From Cyanophora paradoxa CCMP329 (taxonomy: Eukaryota > Plantae > Glaucophyta), in contig QPMI01000085.1 of the NCBI GenBank assembly GCA_004431415.1, positions 131,166-195,165 of the forward strand: a stretch of DNA of 64,000 bases, written 5' to 3'. Under the pieces are notes generated by a model, which did not search any database, was not told the DNA's origin, and was given only the letters and a program-made list of their open reading frames with translations. Shown in pieces: positions 12,091 through 29,055 of this stretch; the stretch's first letter is position 1, and each line of letters opens with the position of its first letter. A program made the position numbers and the translations under genes.

Positions 12091-13344
12091 CTACTGCTTC
12101 TTGCGGAGGCGGAAGAGGTGGACTGAGCTGCAGAGGGCGGTACGGGCGACGAGGTCGTTGCTGAGGTGGCTCACGTCGAAGCTCTCCTCGAGGAAGCGGA
12201 TGAAGAGCTCAGCTGCACGCCCCCCCCCCCAGCCGGGGGCGTAAGCAATTTAACACGCAGCTAAGCCACCCCCGCCCTGCCCTGCAGCAAGCCAAGGCGC
12301 ACGCGGGATAATTTCCCCTTCCTCCGTCTGCAACGTGCGCCACCTGCAATGTTTTGCAAGCAGAGCGCTTGCGTGAGTCGGGAGCGAGCTTTGTCAAATT
12401 AAAGGGCCTCTGGCGCACCTGTAAGCGAGCAGTATGACTGTATCAGGCCCGCTGAGGTCGCAGAATGTCTGCACAAGTGGAACGAAGCTTGCCCGCTCAT
12501 AGACTGAGGCCATACGCGCGCGTCACGCCAGGGCCAGGGCGAGAATCAGAAAGTAGAGATCAAAAGGCGCACCGAGATCGCTTGCGAGCACGTAGTCAAA
12601 AGGAGGCTCCAGGCCGTCCGCCGCCTGGCCCCTGCCGCGCAGCAGCATCGAAGGCTAGCGCTGCTAGCTATAACCGACCCGCCACGAAGCGCGCACCAAG
12701 TGAGCTCGACACAGCGCGCATTCGTGTCAGGCGGAAGATTTGACTGGACATTCTGCTGGAGAAGGGGTAGCTGCTTTTTTTGATCCGTCAGGGTGACTTG
12801 CGCCCCTGCGTGCACGAGTGCAAACGGGGCATTAGTTAGGACGTGCACAACATGTACAGCGCAAACAGATGCAGGGACCGGCACCTAAGAGAGCACACGT
12901 GATACCGACAAGACCTGCGGTTTCATAGGATTCATTCTTTTAGAGACAGCCAATATTAATCGTTTACGGATGCCACGTACCGAGACCGGCGCCAACTTCC
13001 ACCACTCGTTTGTCTTTCCAATGCCCCTCCTTGAAGAGGCTCTTGTTCTCGATCAGGGACGAAAGCGCTTCTGAAGCCTCCCAGACAATTGATCCTGCAG
13101 CCGCGGCTCGAGACCGAGGGGCGTGCGCGTACGTGTACGCAAGCTGCAGCAAGCTCGGACTTCGCACCTGTGAGCCCTTCTGCCGCAAGTTCAGGCCACT
13201 CGTCCAGTCTGCAGCGAATATTAGCATTGCAGAGAAAACGCTGTGCGTGCGGGCGCACTTGATCGTCCTCGTTTGCCGACGCACGGAGTGCTGCCGAGTA
13301 GGCAGGACATTCGACGGAGGATTTGGGCCTTCAAGCGTGGCCAT
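12091..13344 (-). CDS. METTL21-like (Methyltransf_16) protein-lysine methyltransferase, multi-exon
   Basis: Motifs GSIVWEASEAL, KRVVEVGAGLG and VTLTDQ...LQQNV...ELTW. Last exon ...FLEESFDV...RLRKKQ then stop at 12091. Confidence 0.8.
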
Positions 13345-13603
13345 AGATAGCGCTATAGAGCGCAGACTACCGCCCGAGCTGCAAAGCTGCCGGCTGGCAC
13401 GACAGCCCGAGCTGCAGAGCTGCCGGCGGCGGCTGGCACGAACAGATCGCTGCTGAGCTGGAGGGACGGCTGCTGCGCTGGAGGCAAGGCTATTGCGCTA
13501 GCTGTTCCGGCTGCTTTCCACGATGCCAGGGGCGCTATATCTAAGAGGGACGCCCGCAAGAGAAACGCAAAGGGGGAAGAAGCGTGTAGAGGGTACGCAG
13601 GAA

Positions 13604-15203
13604 ATGTTCGCAAGCGGCGCTGTTGTGCGCCCGGGCGAGAGTCGCTCCGTGCGACTCAACTCGGCCTCGCGCTGTGCGCTCCCTCGCGGGTTTCTCGGTG
13701 AGACGGTCACGGCGAGCCGCCCGTCCGCGCTGTGTGCGACCGGCGTGCCCGCAAAGCGAGGCCAGCAGTCCTCGAGCCACGCGAGGCCTAGCTTCACCGT
13801 CACCGCGTCCGCCGAGCCGAACAGTGCGCGATCAGAGAGATCCGTCCGCGCGCCGAGTTCACCAAAGCCGCCTCCCGCCGGCAGATGCTAGCTCGACGTG
13901 CCCCCAGAACATCGAACAGTTCTCCAAGAGCTCCGATCCCGGTCGCGGCGTGGCCAAGCGCATCATCCCCTGCCTCGACGTGAAGGACGGCCGCGTCGTC
14001 AAGGGCGTGAACTTCGTCAACCTGCGCGACGCCGGGTCAGCACGCCAGAACTGGGAGAGGCTGCGCGCGGCTGACGCGCCGCGCAGGGACCCGGTGGAGC
14101 AGGCGAAGATCTACAACGACGAGGGCGCCGATGAGCTCGTCTTCCTCGACATCTCGGCGACCCCAGCGGGGCACAAGACCACCGTCGACATGGTCCGGAA
14201 GTGAGCGAGCCCGGTCCGCCGCGCGCCGCGCTGGCCCCGACGCGGGGCGGCGCAGGGTCGGGGAGCAGCTCTTCCTGCCCCTGACCGTCGGGGGCGGCAT
14301 CCGCACTGTGGAGGACATGCGCGAGACGCTCCTCGCCGGCGCCGACAAGGTCCGCCACCGCGGACGCGGCCGACCGCGCGGCGGCGCGGCGGGCGGGCGG
14401 GGGCCGACGCGGCGCAGGTGGGGATCAACTCGGCGGCGGTGAAGGACCCGAGCCTCCTCTCGCGCGGGGCGGACATGTTCGGCAGCCAGTGCATCGTCCT
14501 CGCCATCGACGCCAAGCTCCGCAAGGGTGCCCCCGCCCCGCCGGCCCCGCCAGCCCCGCTGAGCCCGGTGGGGGCAGACGAGGGCTGGTGGGAGGTGTAC
14601 GTGGCGGGCGGGCGCACGCCGACGGGCATCGACGCCGTCGAGTGGGCCATCAAGGGCGTCGAGCTCGGCGCCGGCGAGGTCCGCCCCGCGCCGGCCCCCG
14701 CCCCGCCCCGCCCCGCGCGAGTCGGCGGCAGATCCTGCTGACGAGCATGGACGCCGACGGGACGCTCGCCGGCTTCGACCTGCCCCTCACCCGCGCCATC
14801 GCCGACGCCATCGAGGCCCGCCGCCCGGCCCCGGCCCCGGCCCGGCCCCGGCCCCGGCCCCGCGCTCGCCGACGGCCCCCGCAGGTCCCCGTCATCGCCA
14901 GCGGCGGCGCCGGCAACATGCAGGTGCGGCCCCCACGCCATCACCCCCCGGGGGGCCTGGCCGGCCCGGCCCGACGGGGCGCAGCACTTCGTGGACGCGG
15001 TGACGGTTGGCGGGGCGGACGCCGCCCTCGCCGCCAGCCTCTTCCACGACAAGAAGCTCACCATCGGTGCGCCTCGCCAGGCCGCGGGGCCCCCGGGGCG
15101 GGGCGGGGCCGGCGCTGAGGGCGGGGCAGGGGACGTGAAGAAGTACATGGCCGACGCCGGCGTCCGCGTCCGGCCCGCCTCCCTCGCCGACTACATCTCC
15201 TAG
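13604..15203 (+). CDS. hisF: Imidazole glycerol phosphate synthase cyclase subunit HisF, stand-alone, with plastid transit peptide
   Basis: Motifs [82 protein letters not shown] and AALAASLFH. Ser/Arg-rich N-extension starts MFASG. Confidence 0.95.
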
Positions 15204-15519
15204 CCCGCCCCCCGCCCCCGGCGCACCCCCTCCCCGCCCCGCCCCGAACACCTCATCCGAAATACTTTCGAAATCCTATTCCGACGCAAACATAACGCCG
15301 TGTATCTAAACAGCGAAGCGAGACTATGTGCACGCATCTAGTGGATGAAAGTGCCGGGGGGCCGAGGGGCAGGCGGCGATGGGAAGGCGAGGGGGAGAGG
15401 GGGAGATGTAGACGCGCGGGCAGGGAGCGGAAGTTGGTGTCATCGGGGGAGCTTCTGGAGGGTCGAGTTGGTGCCCCGCCCCGCCGAGCTCTGCGCCTCT
15501 GTCAGCCGCGGCGCGAGGA

Positions 15520-19566
<4,047 letters not shown>

Positions 19567-21303
19567 CACTAAAGTGCCGCGGAAATGCTGCTAGAAGGGC
19601 CTCAGGTCATCGTTTGCTTTTCGGGCTCCTACCTGCCACCAGCCTCGCGTAACGGCCGAACCCAGCCTCGTGCTAGGCTGGGAGGCTAAGATCAGAGAGG
19701 TTTAGATGCCGAGGCCGGCTCGCGGCCCGAACGCAAGCCGACGCAGACGCCGGGGTACGTGACTCGACAAACAAGAGAGAGGCCAAATGAAAAGTTGCGA
19801 AGTTGAAAAAGCGATGTGGATCGGAAAAGCGATCCAGGACTGCGCGCCTGACCGGACCAACTTGGCAAGGGAGCTGTTGCCGGCAATTGCTGCTGTCCGC
19901 GCGCGTCTTCTCGAGCTCAGCGGCCTGAGGTCGGCCGATCGATCGAGGTGACCTGGGTCCGGAGGTACCGCGGTACCTACTAGCTTTAGCCGCTGAGCGG
20001 CGGTACTACCCGCGGGCCGGCGGACGGCCGGTGCAGAGTCACAGCAGACCGTGCAGTACCATACTACCGTAGTACGATAATAGTTCTCACTGCGGCATGC
20101 ATATATGTGCGCGCGCGCCGCGGCGCGCGGGCCGGCGCCGACCGTCGGACGGCCCGGGCCGCGGCCCGCGGCCGTCGCCGGGCCGCGCGCCGGCGGGCGC
20201 CGCGGCCGCGCCCGGCGCCGGCGCCGGCCAGGCGCGGCGCGGTACAGTACCCAATGCATGTGATCATGAAGAGCGCTAGCTCTAGCATCCCGGAGTCCCC
20301 CGGCCCGCGGCCGGACGGATCCGGATCCCAGGATATCGATCTCAACGTTTATATAATTAACTCAGTGACTCGGCGTAAAAACGCGGCAATATATATCGTA
20401 TTTCGCGCGCGGCCCGGCCGGCTCGGCAGCCCGGCGGCAGGGCGTGCACGTGCGCACTACTAGGCTAGGACTGCGCATGGCACGGCCGCGCGCGGCCGCA
20501 AGCAGGCGACCGTCCGACGCGGCGATCGCGACGGTCGGACTGGAGCCTCGGAGTTGAGTCATGATCATGATCAGCGACCGTCCGACGGTCGGTCTGGAGT
20601 TCGCGGGTTGCGCTTACGGCTGCACATGCGCATGCGCTGGGGCGCGCGCTCGATCGCGACGTGTACGTATACGTACACGTCGTATTACGTACGTTATCCG
20701 ATGCTTGCAATTGAGATATCTTGCGCACCCGATCGGCCGTGGGCCGGGGCTGAAGCACGGCCCCGGGCCCCCGGCCCCCCGGCCCAGCAGCAGCTGCAGC
20801 AGCTATTCAGAAAGAATTCTAGATCTGTAGCTAGTGGTCCGGGGCCGGATGGGACTGGAGGCTCTTTCGAGGTCGGGGGCACGACACCGTGACTGGTATA
20901 CGTATACGTAGCCGCTGAGCTGCAGCGCGAGGTCCAACGCCGAGAGCCTCCGTGGGATTCAAAGATTCCCGCACCCTGGGGCCGGAGGGCGAATTTCGCG
21001 GTCGAAACTCATAATCAGGGGCCGTGAGGGCCTTGTTTTTGCCTGCATGCGCAGCTGAAAGGGGGATGTAAACTTGAAAACACGAAAATTAGAAAGCGGC
21101 AAGTTACTACACGCGTCTACGCGCTTGCTCCCGCTCTACGCGACTCGCAGGTGCACTATAGCTAGCTATAGATCTGCAGCTGCGGCATGGAGGGGCAGGA
21201 CCGGAGGGCGGCGGGGCTGAGGACCGCAAAACCGGCGTCCCGCCGAACGTTAGCAAGAAAGTGCGCATGCGCACTGCGGCGCTTGGTCCCGCGCGGGTCC
21301 CAC

Positions 21304-21490
21304 GCGGATCATAAGCACCGTCGACGTCGGGTCTAGATCTTCGGACACGAGATCGCAGAAGACATCGAGCAGCGGCTCCACAGAGCACTCGGTTGCCACT
21401 GTCAGGCTGGCATCCAGTCTACGGCCCCGGGGCTCGCTCCGCGCCGCGGCGTCGCGTTGTCCGGATCCTGCGCTAGGTCGAAGTTGGCGG
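21304..21490 (-). pseudogene. Decayed duplicate of a 5' exon segment of the kinase locus (copy of 19341-19502)
   Basis: Direct repeat of gcggatcataagcaccg...gctaggtcgaagttggcgg, with a few substitutions and short palindromic insertions. Confidence 0.85.
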
Positions 21491-21690
21491 CTGCACAACT
21501 TGCAACTTGCAATGCCGTGCACGATTCGGCATTCTCGGATTATAAAATGCACTTCGGCGACGCTGCACTCGCGGCGGGCAGGAAACTTCCTGTCGGGGAA
21601 TTAAACCGAGCGGGGTACGGGTTCGTTGTTCTCGCTGCGGCGCACGCGTGGGGTCGAAGAAGGAGCTAGCAGATGGCAAAGTCAAACAGC

Positions 21691-23334
21691 ATGTCGGCCG
21701 GTTTCGCGGCTGCCGCCGTGGCGGCCCCGCGCACTCAGAAGCACAATATCGGCGCACGTGTGGTCGCCCGTGCGCAGACCCCGGCAGCTGTCGGCAGCTC
21801 GCAGGCTTCTCGGGCGTCTTCTTCGAGCTCCTCGGCTCGCAGCGCAGCCGCCAAGTCTCTCGGCTTCTTCGGCAGCGCGGCCTTCGACCGGGTCTCGTCG
21901 GTCAAGGGCCAGTTCTGCGCAAGCGATCTCGCGAGCCTCTCCAATGCCGCGAAAGAGGCCGTCGAGCTCCACGGCCTCCCCGTGATCCAGGCGGTTGCCG
22001 ATCCATCATTCTCCGCGCCAAAGCGGCCGGGTCTCATCCAGCACAAGAAGGAGGCGTACTGGTTCTACCGCTTCCTCTCCCTTGTTTACGGTGCGCCGCG
22101 CGCGCGCCCCGTCCCTGCGCGCGGTTGACCTGGCGCGCAGATGACTTCGTGAACCCGTTCCACTGGACCGTCGAGATGCGCGACGAGTCACTGGAGCTGG
22201 CCCAGCTGGACGGGCTTCGCGACAAGAACCCGGTGGTGGTTGACGTCGGCGGCGGCACCGGCTTCACCACCGAGGGCATCGTCAAGTACATCAACCCGGA
22301 GTGCGCCGCCCGCTCCCCGCCTTCCATTCCTTTCCTCAGGCGTCCGAACCGCTCGAAAGAAACGTGACGATCCTGGACCAGTCGCCGCACCAGCTGGCCA
22401 AGGCGCGCGAGAAGGCGGCGCTCCAGGGGTGCACCATCATCGAGGGGGACGCGGAGGACCTGCCCTTCGAGACGGACAGCTGCGACCGCTACACCTCTGC
22501 CGGCAGCATCGAGTACTGGCCCGAGCCCCAGCGCGGCATCGCCGAGGCCTACCGCGTGGTCAAGCCCGTGCGCCCGACCCCGCCCTGCGCCCCGCGCGCC
22601 CCGCGCCCTGAGCCCCCGCAGGGCGGCGTCGCCACCATCATCGGCCCCGTCCGCCCCACGAACTGGTTCTCCCGCTTCTGGGCAGACCTCTGGTGTGGCC
22701 GGCCCGCCGGCGGGAGCTAGGGCGGGGCGCGCTGACGGGCCGCAGGATGCTCTTCCCGATGGAGGAGGAGTACCGGCAGTGGTACGAGGCGGCCGGCTTC
22801 ACTGACATCAAGGTGCACCCCACCCCCCCGGGAGAAGAAGAGAGGGAGCGAGGGGCCGAGCGGCGGGGCGGCGCGCAGGTGAAGTACATCACGCCCAAGG
22901 CGTACAAGGGCATCCGCGAGCACGGCCTCATCATGGGCCTCACCATCTCCGGCGTCAAGCCCCAGGCCGGCCTCCCCAAGATCAAGTCCGGCCCCGCCCC
23001 GCTCTCGCCCAGCCCCCCCCGGGGGGCGACCGGCCGCGCAGGCTGGGCCCCAAGGCGGAGAAGCGCGTCGTGGAGGAGAAGGAGGAGAGCCTCGTGGACA
23101 AGATCCTCTTCCTCCCCAAGTGAGCGCCGGGCGCCGGCGGGGGCCGCGGGGCGGGGGCCGACGCGCGGGGCGCAGGTTCCTGCTCGGCTGCATCGCCGGC
23201 CTCTACTACGTCGTCCTGCCCCTCATCATCATCGCCTACGCCGCCCTCTTCGTGTCCGCACCGCCCCGCCCCGCCCCCTCCCGCCTCGCCCCGCCCGACG
23301 CCCCCGCAGCCGGGAGCCCAAGAAGTCGGCATAA
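21691..23334 (+). CDS. VTE3: MPBQ/MSBQ methyltransferase (plant-type VTE3) with plastid transit peptide and C-terminal TM helix
   Basis: Motifs IQHKKEAYWFYRFLSLVYD, HWTVEMRD, VVDVGGGTGFTT, DQSPHQL, EGDAEDLPF, SAGSIEYWPEPQRGI, MLFPMEEEY and HGLIMG. N-terminus MSAGFAAA. Confidence 0.93.
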
Positions 23335-23408
23335 ACACGGAGCGCGCCCGCCCTTCAGTTTTGCGCTAGAAGAATGTATTTCAATCTGCAGTATACGTAG
23401 CGTCGCTA

Positions 23409-25135
23409 CTAGGCTAGCAGATGCGGGGGAGGGCGGGTCGCGGGGCGTGGGGCCGGGGCGGGTCGGTGGCCGGGGGCGCCGGCGCGGTGGGGTACAGGGC
23501 GCCGTCGATGAGGAGGCGGGCGAGGGGGGCGCCGGCCTCGGCGGCGCTGAAGGCGACGGCGGCGGCGGCGGCGGCGGCGTCGGCGGAGACGAGGGGGCAG
23601 GCGAGGACGCAGAGGGACCGGAGGCGGCGGGCGCCTCGTGCGATGGCGGCGACGTCGTCGGGGCCGAGCCCGGGCAGCTGCTCGAGGGCGAGGCACCGGA
23701 GCGAGGAGCGCTGCGAGTGGGCCACCGCCAGCGCAAAGTAGCGCGCCGCGTCCCGCTCCCGCTCCGCCTCCAGCCGCGGCACCGGCGGGGGCGCCCCCAG
23801 GCGCGCCACCTCGATGAAGTCCAGCCGCTCCCGGCACGCCTCCACCGCGTCCTGCGCGCCCCCGCCCGCTCAGCCCGACACCGCGAGCGCCGCGCCGGCG
23901 CAGCCTGGCAGGCGGGCGCGACAACGCACCCCCGCCCAGTCGAGCACGGCGCGGGTGCCGGCCCCGGGGCGCCCGAGGGCGTCCGGGGAGGCGGGGCCGG
24001 AGACGCGGAGGGAGCGGAGGGCGGGGAGGATGGGCGGGCCCTCGTCGGGGAGGGGCCAGCGGGCAAAGGAGTTGGCGGTGGCGTCCGAGAGGGCGAGGCT
24101 GCGCAGGGCGGGGAGGCGGAGGAGGCTCTCGAGGGCCTGCGCCGGCTGGCCCTGGAAGCCGCGCAGGCCGACGCAGAGCCGCTCGAGGCGCGCGGCGAGC
24201 GGGGAGCCGGGGGCGGAGACGGCGGCGACGAAGTCCGAGAAGCCGCGCGGGGAGGATTCGATGGCGAGGGAGCGGAGCGCGGCCAGCGGCTCGAGGGCCG
24301 GCGCCAGCGCGGAGAGGTCCGCGAAGGCGAGGCGGAGGGAGGAGAGGGCGGGGGCCGACGCGGCGAGCGCGGCGGCGAGGGCGGCGAGCACGGGCGAGCC
24401 CGGCCCGAGCGCGACCCCCGACAGGCTGAGCTCGAGCTCCTCCAGGCGGGGGCACGCGGCGAGCGCGAGGAGCGCGCGCTCCGCCTCGGGGGCCGACGCG
24501 GAGGGCGCCTCGTAGTGCGAGTCGAGGCTGTCGGCCGCCACGCTCACCGCCCGCAGCGCCCCCGGCCGCGGCAGCGCCGCCAGGATCGAGGGAAGGTCCC
24601 GTGCTTCGAGGCCCCGCAGCTCCCGCAGCGCCCCGCAGCGCGCCGCGAGCCGCACGAGGCAGCGCGCCCCGAGCAGCGGAGTGTAGTCCGGCGAGCACTC
24701 CGCCGCGTCCAGGCTCGTCGTCAGCGCGAAGACGCCCCCGGCGTTGTCGATCGCCGACCGCAGCGCCCGGCTGACCAGGCGCAGGCGCTCCAGGGCCAGC
24801 GGGCTGCCCTCCATCCTGGCGACGTGCTTGCATATTTCTACGAGCACGCCCTCGTCCAAACCCTCGATCGACAGCCCCCTCTCCCGCAGCTACGCGCTCG
24901 AGTCAGTCCGGACTCGCGCGAATACGCTTGAGCGCACCACTTCCGCGCGCCGGGCCTGCTCCTCCGCCTCCGCCCGTGCGTAGTGCGCCTGGAGGCGCTC
25001 TAGCAGATGCCGAAGTTCCTCGGCGCAATGCTCGGCGAGTTCCCGCGGGTGCACGCGGAGGACGGCTGACGTCGCAGTCCTGAGCAGCGCCAGCGCTTCC
25101 GACGCGTCGGAGGCGGCCGAAGTCGCGTTATCCAT
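23409..25135 (-). CDS. F-box-like / leucine-rich-repeat protein (multi-exon)
   Basis: F-box-like IEGLDEGVLVEICKHV...LRLVSRAL, then LRR units ACPRLEELELS, LSSLRLA, LRSLAI, LPALRSLALS and LRSLCVLACPLV. Confidence 0.6.
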
Positions 25136-25222
25136 GCGCGCTAGCTTCGCCGCATTGGACTGATACGAGTACTAGTGAGACGCGAGAGCTGTTGCCCGGC
25201 GCGGCGGGTACACGCGCAAATC

Positions 25223-27483
25223 ATGTCTGCCGCGTTCTCCGTCGTCTTTGCCCCGGCGGCGAGCGCTGAGCTCGCCGCACCTCGTTCGAGCGCGGCAGCA
25301 CGCTCAGCAGTGTCCGAGAGGTGCGCTTCCAGCCATGATGCAGCGCGTCGGCGACCCGCACCCAGAGTCGCTCACAGCGTGCGATCCCGCGCGAGCAGGT
25401 TGAGCGCGCGGAGACTGGGCGCTAGCCGAACGCTGCGGCCCCGCTTTTTCGGTCAGGCTTCGGCGGTGGCGAAGCTTCCGCGCGCGAGCGCTGGATCGGC
25501 GAAGCAGATCGTCTTCGTCACATGCAGCGGAGGTCAGTGTGGCGTCGGCAGAAGCCTCCTTCGGCCCGACGCCGCGCTCGCACGTATGCCGAATCTGATC
25601 GGCCCGCAGAGGAGTCGGGGCGGAGGCGGGTTGTCATCACGGGCATGGGCGTCGTGTCGTGCTACGGGACGGACATCGACGACCTGTACGACGGCCTGCT
25701 GAAGGCCCGCCGCCCCGGGCTCCCCGCGGGAGGCGCGGCTGAGGGCGGGGCAGGGGCGGAAGGAGGTCGTGCCGCTCCAGGGCGTGCAGCTGGACGGGCT
25801 CGCGGTGCGGCCGGGGCGCGCCGGCTGGAGGTCCGGGGATGACGCGGCGGCAGACGACGGTGGGAGGCCAGATCGCCCCCGAGCTCCTCGAGGAGGCTCG
25901 GGCAAAGTGCATCGACCCGACCCTTGACCGCGTCCGCCCCGCCCCCCTCCCCCCGCCCCGCCGCCCGCCAGGCCGACGCGGTGGCAGGAGCTGGACCCGG
26001 AGATCCGGTATGCCCTCATCGCCTCCAAGCTCGCCGTGCAGTCGGCCAAGATCGTGCGCACGCGCGCCCCGCCCCCCGCCGCGGGGCTCTGAGGCGGGGC
26101 AGACGGAGGAGGACCTGGCGGCGATGAAGAAGTCGCGCTGCGGCGTCATCGTCGGCTCCGCCCTCGCCGGCCTCTCCGGTCCGCGCCGCCCCGCCCCGCC
26201 CGCCCCCGCCCCGCCCGCGCCGACGGGGAGGCAGCGATGGAGCGTGCGGTGGCGGCGGTGGCGGGCGGGGGCAGCTACAAGGACCTGGCGCCGATGACGC
26301 TGCCGTTCGCGGGGGCGAACATGCCGTCGGCGCTGCTGGCGAAGGAGCTCGGGTTCACGGGGCCCAGCTACGCCGTCTCCGCCGGCTGCGCCTCCGGCGC
26401 CTCCTCCATCATCGCCGGTGCCCCCGCCCCCGCCCCCGCCCCCGCCCGCCCTCGGCCGCGCCCGGCGCGACGGGGCGGGCGGGGCGCAGCGGCGAACCAC
26501 ATCCGGAACGGGGAAGCGGAGGTGATGATCTGCGGGGCACGGAGGCGCCGCTGACGCGGGTCGGCATCGCCGGCCTCAACGCCCTCGGCACCCTCTCCAC
26601 CTCGAACGACGACCCCGCCCGCGCGTGCGCCGCCCCGCGCCCCGCCCCGCGCTGCCCGTGCGAGGGCGGCGGCAGGGGTCGGCCGTGGAGCGCATCGCGG
26701 GACGGGATCGCCCTTGGCGAGGGCGCCGGCATCCTCGTCCGCCCTCCCCGCCCGCCCCCCGCCCGCCCGCCCGCCCGCCTGGCCCGCTCATGCGGCGGGG
26801 CAGATCCTGGAGGAGCTGGAGCACGCGCTGGACCGCGGGGCGCCGATCTGGGCGGAGTACTTCGGGGGCGCCCGCACCTGCGACGCCCGCTCGGTGCACG
26901 GGCCCGTCGCCGACGGCTCGAGCATCGCGCGGGCCATGGAGGGCGCCATCGCCGACGCCGGCATGGAGCCGACCGAGATCGAGCACCTCAACGCGGGGGC
27001 GTGCGGCTCGCGGGACGCGGACGCGGCGGAGGCGGCGGCGATCAAGGCGGTCTTCCCCGCCGAGCACCGGGCGGAGCGGATGTGGGTCAACTCGACCAAG
27101 GGCTCCATCGGGCACGCCCTCGGCGCCTCGGGCGCCCTCCAGGCCGTCGTCTCCGTCCGCGCCATCATGGCCGGCCTGTCCGCCCCGCCCCGCCCCGCCC
27201 CGCCCCGCCCCGCCCCGCCGCCCGGCCTCACGGGCGGTGCAGGATGTTCCCGCTGGCGGGGCTGGAGGACCCGGACGCGGCGCTGGAGGGGATCCGCTGG
27301 CCGGGCCCCAAGCTCAAGGTCGAGAAGATCGAGACCTCGCTGCTCAACGCCTACGGCCTCGGCGGCCACATCGCCTCCATCGTCATCTCCGCGTACCGCA
27401 ACCACGGGCCCCAGGCCCGTGGCTTCCTCAAGATGGAGCGCCTCCGCTTCGGCAAGAACGCCGCCGACGCCGCCGCCTCCTAG
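25223..27483 (+). CDS. Plastid-targeted beta-ketoacyl-ACP synthase (FabF/KAS-like) with atypical catalytic triad
   Basis: Motifs RRVVITGMGVVS, GPSYAVSAGCASG, GEGAGIL, LEELEHALDRGAPI, NSTKGSIGHALGA and NAYGLGGH. Transit peptide starts MSAAF. Confidence 0.88.
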
Positions 27484-29055
27484 CTATAGCCGCAGCTGCA
27501 GGCCGAGGCCTCGGGATCGCCCCACCCTCTATAGCTAGCTCCACGCATCGGTCCACAGGGTAAACAATTAAGTCTTCACATTCCGCACAGAAGGAGGCGC
27601 GTTGCGGCTCGCTGAAGCGAGATGGCCTTCCGAGTTCCGAGAGCACCAACAAAACGACAAAAAGATGCGACAGAGCGCATCAAAATCGCGCCTAGTTCAT
27701 GCCGCGTCTGTGTTTCTGCATAATTCATGATTTGGGCATGATGATTCTGATTCTGCATAATAAATACTGCTGCATTGAAGGCTAAGCTTACAATCATGGC
27801 AATTGCAAGCGGTTCGCGGCTGTACCACTAGTGCTGGGCGGCGGTTGCGAGCCTTGGGCTCGACAGCCCCCTGCAAAAGATGAGGAGGGACGGGCACGAG
27901 GCGCGCCGGAGCGGCTGGGCGGCCCAGAGGAAAGGCCCGCCGGGGCAGCAGCGCCGGGGTCCGCCCGCCCGGTGGCCAGCCGCCTGCAGTCGCGCCGGGC
28001 CTCGGCCGCCGCGCCCGGAACTCGGAACGGCTTGAAGAACGGCCCAAGGCGGAGGATGGCGGGGCAGGTAGCGGGCGTGTCACCGAGGACCGGCGGGCAC
28101 TGCCGCCAGCGGTCACGCCCGGCCTGGCCTCTTCGCCGATTCTGACCGAAACTAGTACTCCAGCAGAAGGAGCTGGGCGCGGCGGGCGCTGCGCTCCGCA
28201 CCACTCAGGCAAGGGCGCAAGCACGGAGCGGGCGTCCAACACCGCGGCCGGAGTCACCTCGGTTCGGGCTTCGAGTGCGGAGTTCTTCCCGGTCGGGGCG
28301 CACGCCCACCTCGGACAGGGGCCCGGACCGCTGACTCAGTCTAGCATGCACCAGCAGATCGACGCGCGGGGAGCCAGGCAGATGCGAGTCGGCCAGCGCA
28401 GCGCGCCGGAGCCTGCGCATGCGTCCGGGCGGACGTCAGCTGCGAGCGCCGATGCGCTGCGCCAGCGTGGCGCGGCCACTACCGTCAGCGCTTATTGGCC
28501 GCAGCGCCGGCAGCTTGCAGTTGCAGAGAGCCTCCCTGGCGCAAGCACAGCGGGCCGGGACTCCGGCAGCCCGCAAACGCATCCGCTTCTGGAAGGAGAG
28601 AAGACGGGAAGGGCGAACTGCAGAGCCCGCATCGTCGATCCGCGCTGATGTGTGCGCCAGTCTCGGCTGGCAACTCGTGCTTAGCTGACCATGCCAAGCT
28701 CTTCTGTCACGTGCACGGAATCCGATCGAAGCGCTGCGCCCGCTCGATCCGATCCTGTGGGCGGGAGATGCTTGAGCTCGAGATAACAGCGCAGACAGGC
28801 TCTAGCATGCACTTCGCACCGTCACGAGCCTCTCGCCTGTCTCCCTCGGCAGCGTGGTTCAGCAGGCCCCAGGCCATGTCCAGCTGCAGGCCAGCGCCGC
28901 GCACTGGCAGCTGGCTGATCGAAAGCGCCTTGTAAAGCCCGCTCTCTGAATCTGCGCTTCCGAATTCGATGCCTCGACGCCCTCAGCGCCTGGCACGCCG
29001 TACGCGTGTTATACCGTCGTAGCCACTGGCCCGCTGTGCGCTAGCCACAGGCCTA

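Noticed and set aside
13371-13445. Short tandem duplication in the methyltransferase/hisF divergent promoter
   Set aside because: A two-copy ~35-bp local duplication with no further supporting structure.
27790-28980. Possible spliced minus-strand gene
   Set aside because: There are some exon-like segments, but no recognisable motif or consistent gene model.
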